Source of the DNA: Candidatus Hydrogenedentota bacterium
GTDB taxonomy: Bacteria > Hydrogenedentota > Hydrogenedentia > Hydrogenedentales > SLHB01
Assembly (NCBI GenBank): GCA_963745075.1
Contig: CAVUWV010000031.1
Coordinates: 96,001 to 160,000, forward strand
Length of the DNA: 64,000 nt
Reading direction: 5' to 3'
The notes under the pieces: generated by a model
The model's database searches: none
Seen by the model: only the letters and a program-made list of their open reading frames with translations
Told to the model about the DNA's origin: nothing
Shown here: piece by piece, positions 38,543 to 47,744 of the stretch
Position numbering within the stretch: position 1 is the stretch's first letter
How the letters are laid out: the number at the start of each line of letters is the position of its first letter
Program-made: the position numbers and the translations under genes

Positions 38543-38551
38543 GTCGACACT

Positions 38552-38580
38552 CTTATACCGTGTTCTAAAAGGAAATGCAA
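38552..38580 (-). promoter_or_regulatory. sigma70 promoter of the hydrogenase operon
   Basis: Minus strand TTGCAT (38580-38575), 17-nt spacer, TATAAG (38557-38552). Confidence 0.65.
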
Positions 38581-38982
38581 ATTTTCCGTAAGACAACCAC
38601 TAAAGGGAGTGCATATTCGATGCCAACATATTCAAACTAAAGGGTTTATACATAAAACGGGCATAAGATCCTGCGGCCATGCCTGTTATGCACGAACGAG
38701 CAGGTGTGGCGATGCTATGCGGCTTATCGAAAGCCGAGAGTGTGCACACATCCGTCAAGGACATATCTGTTCAAATCGATGATTTTCGGACTCTCCCCCC
38801 GTGGATCCGGGCGGCGGACCGACACGCCACGTCCGGCTTGCGTTGGGAATCGCGAGTTGGGGCGAGTTTGCGTTGGGCAAAGACGGATGGTAGCTTGTTG
38901 CGTCGACGTGCAGGACCGCGCCGTGCACCGGGCGTGGAATCGGCTGGGACGTCGGGGACCGCACGATGGGAGGACACGACGA

Positions 38983-40074
38983 ATGGCACAGCTTGACAAG
39001 TATCTGAAGGCGATGGTCGAACATGGGGCCTCCGACCTGCATTACTGCACGGGGTGCAAACCCATATTTCGCAAAGACGGCTCGATTGCGGCGTTACGCA
39101 CCGAGGAGAATCTGGAAGCGCAGACGGTTAAGAGCGTGCTGTACGAGATCATGCCGGAGGAGAACGAGAAGCAGTTCAACGAGGTACACGACACGGACTT
39201 TGCGTACGAACTCGAAGGGTACGGCCGGTTTCGGTGCAATGTCTTTATGGACCACAAGGGAATGGGGGGGGTGTTTCGTCTGATTCCCACGGAAATCCTG
39301 ACCTGCGAACAATTGGGATTGCCCGATGCGGTGAAGAAGTTCTGCACGATGAGCAAGGGCCTGGTCCTGGTGACGGGCCCCACGGGAAGCGGGAAGTCTA
39401 CGACGCTGGCAGCCCTGATCGATCTCATTAACGCGACGCGGAGCGATCACATAATCACCATTGAAGATCCGATCGAGTTCGTGCACAAGAATAAGCGGTG
39501 TCTGATCAATCAGCGGGAGGTCCACACCCACACCAAGGGCTTCAAGGCGGCCCTGCGCGCGGCCTTACGTGAGGACCCGGACATCGTGCTGGTTGGTGAA
39601 ATGCGCGACCTGGAGACCACCCATATCGCGATCGAAACCGCGGAAACGGGGCATTTGGTGTTCGGCACGCTGCATACGACAACGGCGATTTCGACCGTCG
39701 ACCGGCTGATCGATCAATTCCCTTCCGAGCAGCAACAGCAGATCCGGACCATGCTGGCCGGTACGTTGAAGGGGGTGGTTGCCCAGAACCTGCTCAAGAA
39801 GAAGGGCGGCGGCCGGGTAGCGGCACTGGAGGTTCTCGTTGTGAACGCGGCAGTTTCGTCGCTAATCCGGGAAGCCAAGAACAATCAGATCATGAGTATT
39901 ATGCAGACCGCCAAGAAGGAGGGCATGACGCTCCTGAACGACGAATTGGCCAGATTCGTGAAGCAGGACATCGTGGAAGCCGAGGAGGCGTGGAAGAAAG
40001 CGGTCGACAAAGACGGGTTCATGAAAGCCCTCGAATCGGCCGGCGTCACGTCATTCAAACCACCGGCGGAGTAG
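38983..40074 (+). CDS. pilT: Type IV pilus retraction ATPase PilT/PilU family
   Basis: GASDLH, GPTGSGKSTT, TIEDPIE, LREDPD...GEMRD, AETGHLVFGTLHT. Confidence 0.92.
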   Translation: MAQLDKYLKAMVEHGASDLHYCTGCKPIFRKDGSIAALRTEENLEAQTVKSVLYEIMPEENEKQFNEVHDTDFAYELEGYGRFRCNVFMDHKGMGGVFRLIPTEILTCEQLGLPDAVKKFCTMSKGLVLVTGPTGSGKSTTLAALIDLINATRSDHIITIEDPIEFVHKNKRCLINQREVHTHTKGFKAALRAALREDPDIVLVGEMRDLETTHIAIETAETGHLVFGTLHTTTAISTVDRLIDQFPSEQQQQIRTMLAGTLKGVVAQNLLKKKGGGRVAALEVLVVNAAVSSLIREAKNNQIMSIMQTAKKEGMTLLNDELARFVKQDIVEAEEAWKKAVDKDGFMKALESAGVTSFKPPAE

Positions 40075-40246
40075 GATACTCGCATGGCGTTTCATGCGCC
40101 GGCAGGGTTTGTTTTGGTGTGCGCTATGGTAAATGGTGGTCCGAACGCGTTAGGCTAGGACTACTTGTGACGAACATATCGCGGAACGGCAATAATGGTT
40201 CCCGGCGACGTGTAACAGCGAATTGGGCTTGCGAGGAGAATTCACC

Positions 40247-41170
40247 ATGGATCGTAGAGATTTCTTGACTTCCGGTATCGCCGCAGCAGGCGCGACCGCC
40301 CTGGCCGCCGCCGGTCAGCAGACGGCTTCGGCCGGCGCGAATGAATCGAAAGGGTTCACGCTGAAGTACGCTCCGCACTTTGGCATGTTCAAGAACAGTG
40401 CGGGCGACGACCCGATCGATCAACTCAAGTTCATGGCGGACCAGGGGTTTACGGCCATGGAAGACAACGGTATGAAGGGTAAGCCGGTCGAGTTGCAGGA
40501 GAAGATCGCCCAGGAAATGACACGGCTTGGCATGACGATGGGGGTATTCGTTGCAACGGCGGACTTCGGCGAAGTGACTTTTGCGTCGAACGACCCAGAA
40601 ATCCGCAAGAAGCTGGTGCAAGATATGAAGGATTCCGTTGAAGTGGCCAAGCGGGTCAACGCGAAATGGTGCACGGTGGTTTGCGGACGCTACGACGTGG
40701 GCCGGGAGTGGGATTATCAGACAGCCTATGCCATCGACAATCTGAAGGCCTGCGCGGAGGTCTGCGAGCCGCACGGTCTGGTCATGGTTCTCGAAGCGCT
40801 CAACCCGTGGAAGGACCATCCGGGAATGTTTTTGTCGAAGATCCCGCAGAACTACATGATCTGTCAGTCGGTGGGGAGTCCGTCATGCAAGATTTTATTC
40901 GACATGTACCACCAGCAGATTACCGAGGGGAACATCATTCCGAATATCGACCGGGCATGGGACGAGATCGCGTACTTCCAGATCGGTGACAACCCCGGCC
41001 GGAAAGAGCCTACGACCGGCGAAGTCAACTACCGGAACATATTCAAGCACCTTCATACCAAAGGGTACGAGGGTGTCCTTGGGATGGAGCATGGCAACTC
41101 GAAGCCGGGCAAGGAAGGCGAGCAGGCCGTAATCGACGCATACCGGTATTCCGACAGCTACGACGTGTAA
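40247..41170 (+). CDS. Tat-exported hydroxypyruvate-isomerase / xylose-isomerase-like TIM barrel protein
   Basis: GAGGAG RBS, DRRDFL twin-arginine signal, LEALN, FDMYHQQITEGN, GDNPGRKEP.TGE. Confidence 0.88.
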   Translation: MDRRDFLTSGIAAAGATALAAAGQQTASAGANESKGFTLKYAPHFGMFKNSAGDDPIDQLKFMADQGFTAMEDNGMKGKPVELQEKIAQEMTRLGMTMGVFVATADFGEVTFASNDPEIRKKLVQDMKDSVEVAKRVNAKWCTVVCGRYDVGREWDYQTAYAIDNLKACAEVCEPHGLVMVLEALNPWKDHPGMFLSKIPQNYMICQSVGSPSCKILFDMYHQQITEGNIIPNIDRAWDEIAYFQIGDNPGRKEPTTGEVNYRNIFKHLHTKGYEGVLGMEHGNSKPGKEGEQAVIDAYRYSDSYDV

Positions 41171-41251
41171 CCCCGATTTACGTCGCTCATGGCCCGAACC
41201 GTTCCAGATGCGGTTCGGGCCTTTACCGTGCCGGGTCGGACTGGGGAAGTC

Positions 41252-44050
41252 TCAAACTCGTTCACGGCGCACGGCATCTTTCCAGGCCGTCTGCTGCGCC
41301 AAGAGGGCCGTCGCCTTTTCCACATCCAAGGGCTTTGCGAAGTAGTACCCCTGACCGTAGTCACAGCCGCTCTCGCAAAGGGTGGCGAGATGCTCGGGGA
41401 GTTCGATCCCTTCTGCGATGACTTTCATGCGCAGGTTCTGCGCGAGCATGAGAATCGTTCGTACGATGAGGTGATCGTCGGCCGACTTGTGCATGTCTTT
41501 AACGAAAACCTGATCGATCTTGAGGTTATTGAGGGGAAACCGGTGCAAGTAGCTCAAGGAGGAATAGCCGGTCCCGAAGTCGTCGATGGAGAGTTGGATG
41601 TGCTGCGCCCGGAGTTTCATTAAGGTGGAGGACACCAGTTCCACGTTTTCCATGACGGCGCTTTCGGTGATCTCCAACTTCAGATGATTCGGATCGAGGC
41701 CGGTATCTTGCAGGATGGACTCCACCGAATCGAGGAGGTCCGGGCGCGCGAGTTCCTTGACCGACAGATTGACGCTTACGTTCAGTTCGGCCATATGCGG
41801 GAACTCCGTTTGCCATTGGCGCGTTTGCGCACATGCGGATCGGAAGATCATCTCCCCAATCTGGACGATCATCCCGGTTTCCTCGGCGATGGGAATGAAC
41901 TTCACGGGTGGCACAATCCCCCGTTCGGGATGTTGCCAGCGGGCCAGGGCTTCGAAGGAGTCGATCTTCCCGGTTTCCAGTGAAACGATGGGTTGGTAGA
42001 AGACGCAGAACTCGTTCCGGTCAATGGCCCGGCGCAGATCGTTCTCCAGTTCCAGGCGCTCGATGGCAAGGGAATGCATGTCGAGGTCGAAGATCTCGTA
42101 GCAGGCTTTTCCCCGGCCTTTCGCTCGATACATGGCGGTATCTGCGTTGCGGAGAAACTCTTCGGGCGACTCGTAGTCGACGCCACTCAACGCGATGCCG
42201 ATGGACACCGACGTAAACACTTCGTGGTCTTCGATCTGAAACGGTTTCTTGAGGAGGTGGAGGATTCGGTCCGCGACGCGAGACGCGTCTGCGATGTCCC
42301 GGATTCCATCGAGGAGAACGACGAACTCGTCCCCCCCGAATCGGGCGATGGTGCTTTCATAGCGGGCTACCGTATCGTTGGCGCGGAGGGCGCCGGCAAG
42401 GGCGTCGGAGAAGGCCTTCAGGAGCTTGTCGCCTACGACGTGTCCGAGTCCGTCGTTCACGACTTTGAACCGATCCAGGTCGAGGAATAGCACGGCGAAC
42501 ATGTAGCCGCGCGTACGGCGGGCATGCCGCATAGCCTGACCCAGGCGGTCCAGAAAGAGTGCGCGGTTCGGGAGGCCGGTTAACGCGTCGTGGAACGCCT
42601 GGTGGGCGAGTTGTTCTTCGACTCGTTTGCGGGGCGTGATATCGGATTGCGAACCGGCCATGCGGACCAGCGCGTCATTGGAATCGCGCACGGCCAATCC
42701 GCGGCACAACACCCACAGGTAGGTACCGTCCGCATGCCGAATGCGATATTCCGATTCGACGTGTTCGGTTTCGCCTTTGAGGTGTGCGTCGAACGTTGCC
42801 CGCACGTACGATTGGTCCTCGGTGTGGATCAGCGCGAACCAGTCGTTGGGGCTCGTCCCGATTTCGGTCTCCGCGTATCCCAACATGGATTTCCAACGCG
42901 GGGAAAAATAGACCGTGTCGTTCTTCAGATCCCAATCCCACAAACCGTCGTTGGCGCCGTTCACCGCCGCGGCGAATCGCTCTTCACTGCGCTGCAACGC
43001 ATCCTGGGACTCCCGCTGAAGTTTGCGGTCGATTTCCAGTTGGGCAACCATCTCATCAAACGAACCCGCCAGCGAACCGATCTCATCCCTCCGGGATAGA
43101 TTCAACCGTTCCGAGAGATCGTTCGTCGCGGCGATCGCGGCGGTATGACGCGTCATGCGGGTGAGTGGATTTGTGATCTCGCGGCGAAAGAACAGGACCA
43201 AGGCCACCAGCCCCAGCGCGGCCAAGGCCGCTTGGACAAGTAGGCCCGTTTGCATGATGTTGCGCGCCTGACTGAAGAACCCCCGTTCGAGATCGGCGTG
43301 CAGGAGCAACCCGGCATTTCCAGTGATATCTGGATAGACGGCATAGGCGCGGAAAAGTCCATCATTCAACGGATACGCTTTTACCGATTGGCCGTTCTTT
43401 CGGTAGTCTGCAATAAGGGTCTGCGCCTCTAAAGGCGCTGCGGCATCTCCGGCGACCCAAACCTGAAACGCCAATCCGGTCTGCCGGAACAAGTTCATCA
43501 TCAAACCACGGTTCAAACGTCTCCCGACCACCAGCACGGAATCACTTTCCGCGCCCCTGGCAACGAACTTGGCTGCCACGAGGAGCGGACCGTCGCTGGA
43601 GAGCACGACCCCCTTTTTCGGCGTATTCTGAGCAACGGTGGAAAGCACGCCCTCGACCCAACCCGTATCCGGCGGAGTCGGTCCCGTCGCGGCTTCCGTG
43701 CGCACGACCGACCAGAGCGGGGCTCCGTGAGAATCGCCCAAGAGCGCAAAATCCAGCGCGTCTCCCCCGGGAAGCGCGTCCAGCAAGCGGTTGGGATTCT
43801 CGGAAGTCGCTCCGTTGGCAAGCCTTTGGAGGAAACCGATCTGGTTGGCCCAGTCCGACGCCAACGTGTCTAACCCGGATGTCGTGCGGTTGAGGGCCTC
43901 GATGCACCGCATCATGTCTTTGACGGCGGCGTCTTTTTCAGCGAGATTGAGACGGCTGCCGAGGAGAGATTGCTGAAGAAAGTAACTGAATCCGACGACG
44001 AGGGAGATGGTAACGATTAAGATTGCTTCGACCTTGAGTCGCAGCGACAC
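41252..44050 (-). CDS. Membrane sensor diguanylate cyclase/phosphodiesterase (CHASE4-like, HAMP, PAS, GGDEF, EAL)
   Basis: Two TM helices, DEIGSL HAMP, GLWDW PAS, HDALTGLPNR, RFGGDEF, FEALARW, IDDFGTGYSSL. Start is GTG 44050 or 44095. Confidence 0.92.
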   Translation of the reverse strand: MSLRLKVEAILIVTISLVVGFSYFLQQSLLGSRLNLAEKDAAVKDMMRCIEALNRTTSGLDTLASDWANQIGFLQRLANGATSENPNRLLDALPGGDALDFALLGDSHGAPLWSVVRTEAATGPTPPDTGWVEGVLSTVAQNTPKKGVVLSSDGPLLVAAKFVARGAESDSVLVVGRRLNRGLMMNLFRQTGLAFQVWVAGDAAAPLEAQTLIADYRKNGQSVKAYPLNDGLFRAYAVYPDITGNAGLLLHADLERGFFSQARNIMQTGLLVQAALAALGLVALVLFFRREITNPLTRMTRHTAAIAATNDLSERLNLSRRDEIGSLAGSFDEMVAQLEIDRKLQRESQDALQRSEERFAAAVNGANDGLWDWDLKNDTVYFSPRWKSMLGYAETEIGTSPNDWFALIHTEDQSYVRATFDAHLKGETEHVESEYRIRHADGTYLWVLCRGLAVRDSNDALVRMAGSQSDITPRKRVEEQLAHQAFHDALTGLPNRALFLDRLGQAMRHARRTRGYMFAVLFLDLDRFKVVNDGLGHVVGDKLLKAFSDALAGALRANDTVARYESTIARFGGDEFVVLLDGIRDIADASRVADRILHLLKKPFQIEDHEVFTSVSIGIALSGVDYESPEEFLRNADTAMYRAKGRGKACYEIFDLDMHSLAIERLELENDLRRAIDRNEFCVFYQPIVSLETGKIDSFEALARWQHPERGIVPPVKFIPIAEETGMIVQIGEMIFRSACAQTRQWQTEFPHMAELNVSVNLSVKELARPDLLDSVESILQDTGLDPNHLKLEITESAVMENVELVSSTLMKLRAQHIQLSIDDFGTGYSSLSYLHRFPLNNLKIDQVFVKDMHKSADDHLIVRTILMLAQNLRMKVIAEGIELPEHLATLCESGCDYGQGYYFAKPLDVEKATALLAQQTAWKDAVRRERV

Positions 44051-44289
44051 AGGTGCCTCCCGAATTCCCGCGCACCACTCAACGGCGACCGTCACAACGA
44101 ATCTGAATTCATTGCGGCTTTGGCGACCCCTGCCGGGATTCAGGATGGCATTTTTATGTTAGATTGTCAATAGTTTAGCTACTAGTATTAGCGTATCAAT
44201 GACCGGAGCTACCGAGATACCGATGCAGGGCGGGACGTGATTTGCGTTTTGCGCCGAACGCGTTTCTATGGTAGCATTCCGGCCTTGCC

Positions 44290-45972
44290 ATGATTCACGT
44301 TACGTGTACCCAATGCGGATTGACGATAGCAGTGCCTCCCACGGTTCAAGGACGTTGGGGGGTGTGTTTCGCATGCGGTGCGCGACTTCTGGTTCCCCAT
44401 ACGTCGGACGGCGAGCGGGAACTCGACCTGCAGTTTGAACCCGGACACCGAATCTCCGATCGGTATGTGATCGAAGCGCCCGTCGGAAAAGGCGGGATGG
44501 GGGTGGTGTACCGGGCCCACGATAGCCTCATGAACGAGCGGGTGGCGCTCAAATTCCTGGATCCACGTATCGTACACACGCAAAAGGGCGTCCGCTTGTT
44601 CATACAGGAGGCGCAGGTCGCCCGCCGGCTTCGACACGAAAACATCGTTGCGGTTCATGATGTGAGCGCAACGCCCGATGGCATCCTGTACATCTCGATG
44701 GAGTTCCTCCAGGGACAGTCGTTGCGGGCCTATCTCCGGGGTCATCGGAATCAACGCAAGCTGGTCAACGTACGACTCGCGGTAACCTTGACCGCCCAGG
44801 TTCTGGCGGCGCTCGATTACGCCCATCGGATTGTCATTCACCGGGACATGAAACCCGAGAACGTCATGCTACTGGCCGGCGAGCGCGTCAAGGTCCTCGA
44901 CTTCGGGCTGGCCAAGGTGGTCGATGAGGAATGCCTCTTCTCGGACAAAGGTCCGGACGGGAAGTCCACGCGGGTGGTGGGGACGGAAGCGTACGCGTCG
45001 CCCGAGCAACTCCGGCACAGCGAGGTGGATTCTCGCGCGGACCTTTACACGGTGGGTTTGCTGCTCCGGGAACTGTTGACACTTCGCACGCCGCTGGACG
45101 AGTTTGTGGAGGTGACCGCAGTCCGGGACGACGTTTCCCCGTCGTTGCTTGCGGTCTTGCAGAAAGCGGTTCAACTTCCGCGCGAAGACCGCTGGCAAAC
45201 GGCCGGAGAGTTCCGAACGCAACTGCTGAAATCATTCGAAGAGTCGTATCGATCCGTCTTGGAGCCCAACATCGAGGTCGAGCCCGGCCGCGAGGTGTCT
45301 ACCGAAGGGATGGTCTTTCTGGAGGGCGGCAGTTTCCTCATGGGGAACAAGAGCGTGCCGGACGAAGCGCCGGAGTTTGAGGCCACGGTCGAACCGTTCT
45401 TCATCGATGCGTATCCCGTGACGAACGCGCAGTATGAAGAGTTTCTGCGCGCGACCGGCCGGCCGTCACCCAAGCTTTGGGGCATTCCCGATTACCGCGG
45501 CGCCGATCAGCCAGTGATCGGGGTTACGTGGGAAGAAGCGGCGGCTTTTGCGATGTGGTCCGGGAAACAATTACCCACGGAAGCGCAGTGGGAATATGCG
45601 GCGCGGGGCAAGGAAAACCGGAAGTATCCGTGGGGCAACTATGAACCGGACGCGCACAAGGCCAATTACGGGGACTTCCTGAATATGCCGTCCATCGTTT
45701 CGATGCACGAAGAAGGGAAGACTCCGGATAACGTCTACGATTTAGCAGGGAACGTACACGAATGGACTGCGGACCTGTATCTTCCTTACGATGCAGTGCG
45801 CCGCGAGGCTGCGGCCCGTACGGGACCGCCCAAACGTGTCGTGCGGGGCGGCTCGTGGCACTCTCCGGCGTCGGAACTCCGATGCACCGCGCGCAAGGGA
45901 TTGTTTCCGGAAAGCGCGCAACCCACCGTGGGGTTTCGCTGCGTCGTACCGTTTCAAAGACCCGGGGGCTAA
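44290..45972 (+). CDS. Ser/Thr protein kinase with N-terminal Zn ribbon and C-terminal FGE-sulfatase domain
   Basis: CTQC/CFAC; GKGGMGVVY, VALK, HRDMKPEN, DFG; LPTEAQWEYAARG, DLAGNVHEW, RGGSW, GFRC. Confidence 0.92.
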   Translation: MIHVTCTQCGLTIAVPPTVQGRWGVCFACGARLLVPHTSDGERELDLQFEPGHRISDRYVIEAPVGKGGMGVVYRAHDSLMNERVALKFLDPRIVHTQKGVRLFIQEAQVARRLRHENIVAVHDVSATPDGILYISMEFLQGQSLRAYLRGHRNQRKLVNVRLAVTLTAQVLAALDYAHRIVIHRDMKPENVMLLAGERVKVLDFGLAKVVDEECLFSDKGPDGKSTRVVGTEAYASPEQLRHSEVDSRADLYTVGLLLRELLTLRTPLDEFVEVTAVRDDVSPSLLAVLQKAVQLPREDRWQTAGEFRTQLLKSFEESYRSVLEPNIEVEPGREVSTEGMVFLEGGSFLMGNKSVPDEAPEFEATVEPFFIDAYPVTNAQYEEFLRATGRPSPKLWGIPDYRGADQPVIGVTWEEAAAFAMWSGKQLPTEAQWEYAARGKENRKYPWGNYEPDAHKANYGDFLNMPSIVSMHEEGKTPDNVYDLAGNVHEWTADLYLPYDAVRREAAARTGPPKRVVRGGSWHSPASELRCTARKGLFPESAQPTVGFRCVVPFQRPGG

Positions 45973-46060
45973 TGGACCGAGGCGTCCGCACGGGCAATTG
46001 ACACGATGGGTGGTCGTGTGCTCGAATTTCACGGGCTGGAAGGAACACAGGAATTACCGT

Positions 46061-46714
46061 ATGAACAAACATGAGGCCATACGCTACTTGCTCGACAAAT
46101 GTATCGTGGCCGTCGTTCGCGCGGATTCGGGGGGAGACGATCTGGTCCGTGTAGTGGAGGCGGTGGCGGAGGGAGGCGTCCACTGTATCGAAGTCACGAT
46201 GACGACGCCGGGGGCCTTGCAGTGCATCGAGACGGCTTCCGCGACACTTGCCGGCGCGGATGTTCTGCTGGGTGTGGGCACCGTGCTCGATGCAGAAACG
46301 TGTCGAATGGCGATACTGGCCGGGGCCCAATATGTGGTCACGCCGACGCTTTCGGCGCCGGTCATTCAGATGGCCCGGCGCTACGGGAAACCGGTGGCGG
46401 CAGGCGCCTATACGCCCACGGAGATCCTGACCGCCTGGGAGCAGGGCTCGGATTTTGTGAAGGTTTTTCCGGCAAGTATCGGGGGTCCCGACTATATTAA
46501 AGCGATCAAAGGGCCGCTCCCCCAGATTCCATTGATCCCGACGGGTGGCGTAGAGGTAGATAACGTGGGTGCTTTTCTTAAGGCTGGGGCGTCCGCATTG
46601 GGGGTCGGCGGTAATCTGGTCGGCAAGAAACTGGTAGCCGCGCGGGATTTCGACGGCATTACGAAAAACGCGCGGGCGTTCGCGGAAGCGGTACACGCGG
46701 CACGGTCCGGCTAG
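46061..46714 (+). CDS. eda: KDPG/KHG aldolase
   Basis: AVVRA, IEVTM, GVGTV, TPTE, VKVFPA, PTGGV. Confidence 0.9.
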   Translation: MNKHEAIRYLLDKCIVAVVRADSGGDDLVRVVEAVAEGGVHCIEVTMTTPGALQCIETASATLAGADVLLGVGTVLDAETCRMAILAGAQYVVTPTLSAPVIQMARRYGKPVAAGAYTPTEILTAWEQGSDFVKVFPASIGGPDYIKAIKGPLPQIPLIPTGGVEVDNVGAFLKAGASALGVGGNLVGKKLVAARDFDGITKNARAFAEAVHAARSG

Positions 46715-46725
46715 CTGTCGGGTTC

Positions 46726-47670
46726 ATGAAACGACTATTGCAGGCGATCGGCCTTCGAAAACGAGACAAGGTCGCGCCGAATGCGTCGCAGCACGCCATC
46801 CAAGTCACGAGTACGGTCGACCGGCACAAACAGCCCTGCCTGTTTATCCCCTCCGATCGCGAAGGGGATCAAGCGCTCCTCGTCTACTTGCACCCGTGGC
46901 GCCACGGATACGATTTCGACTCGACCCCATGGCAACGCGAGGCAAAGGAACGGGGATGGCACTTTCTCGCACCCCATTTTCGCGGCCCGAACCGGCGGCC
47001 CCAGGCCTGCGCATCGCGGTTCGCCCGGCAGGATGTGCTGGACGCGGTTGATAGCATCTGTGCCGCGCATGCCGTGGATCGCGACCGCGTCTATGTGGGA
47101 GGGGTGTCCGGGGGCGGCCACATGGCGTTGGTGATGGCAGCGGAAGCGCCGGACCGATGGGCGGCCGTGTCGGCGTGGTGCCCGATCACTGACCTCGCCG
47201 CGTTCCACGCCGAATGTGTGGCGATGGAAGCGAAAGCGTACCGGCATGTGGAGAAGGTTGCCGGGGGCGCGCCGGGATCTTCTCCCAAGGTCGACCGTGA
47301 ACTTCAGTACCGTTCGCCGGTTTTTCACATGGCAAAGGCGGCGCGTGTCCCCGTGGAGATTGCGCACGGCATTCACGACGGCCAACCTCGCGGCATTGGG
47401 ATTCAGCACAGCGTATGGGCTTACAACGCCCTGGCTGAGTCATTGGGTGGACAGAAGGTAACGGACGGGGAACTCGAGGCCCTTCGGGGAAAGCGAATTC
47501 CGGAGACATCCGATCGGACAGATCCGACGGATGGGTCCGATCCGTCGTTTGGGCGCGGGATCTATTTCCGGAGAACGGTAGGTCAATCGCGCCTGACCAT
47601 CTTTGATGGCGGCCACGAGGACCTGCCCGCTGCGGCGTGCGCGTGGCTGGAGAATCACCGGCGCAGTTAA
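46726..47670 (+). CDS. Alpha/beta hydrolase (prolyl-oligopeptidase-like esterase)
   Basis: VYLHPW, GVSGGGH nucleophile, AHGIHDG, FDGGHE. Confidence 0.78.
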   Translation: MKRLLQAIGLRKRDKVAPNASQHAIQVTSTVDRHKQPCLFIPSDREGDQALLVYLHPWRHGYDFDSTPWQREAKERGWHFLAPHFRGPNRRPQACASRFARQDVLDAVDSICAAHAVDRDRVYVGGVSGGGHMALVMAAEAPDRWAAVSAWCPITDLAAFHAECVAMEAKAYRHVEKVAGGAPGSSPKVDRELQYRSPVFHMAKAARVPVEIAHGIHDGQPRGIGIQHSVWAYNALAESLGGQKVTDGELEALRGKRIPETSDRTDPTDGSDPSFGRGIYFRRTVGQSRLTIFDGGHEDLPAAACAWLENHRRS

Positions 47671-47683
47671 GCTTCTCATAATG

Positions 47684-47713
47684 AAAACGCCGGACGGTTT
47701 CCCGCCCGGCGTT
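47684..47713 (-). terminator. Hairpin terminator downstream of rho (possibly bidirectional)
   Basis: Minus strand AACGCCGGGCGG-GAAA-CCGTCCGGCGTT-TT between convergent genes. Confidence 0.65.
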
Positions 47714-47744
47714 CGTGACAGGGTCGCTCGATGTCCCGCCGAAA

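Noticed and set aside
39264..39271. G8 tract in pilT as a contingency locus
   Set aside because: It is in frame and encodes an ordinary Met-Gly-Gly-Val segment; no evidence of variation from one sequence.
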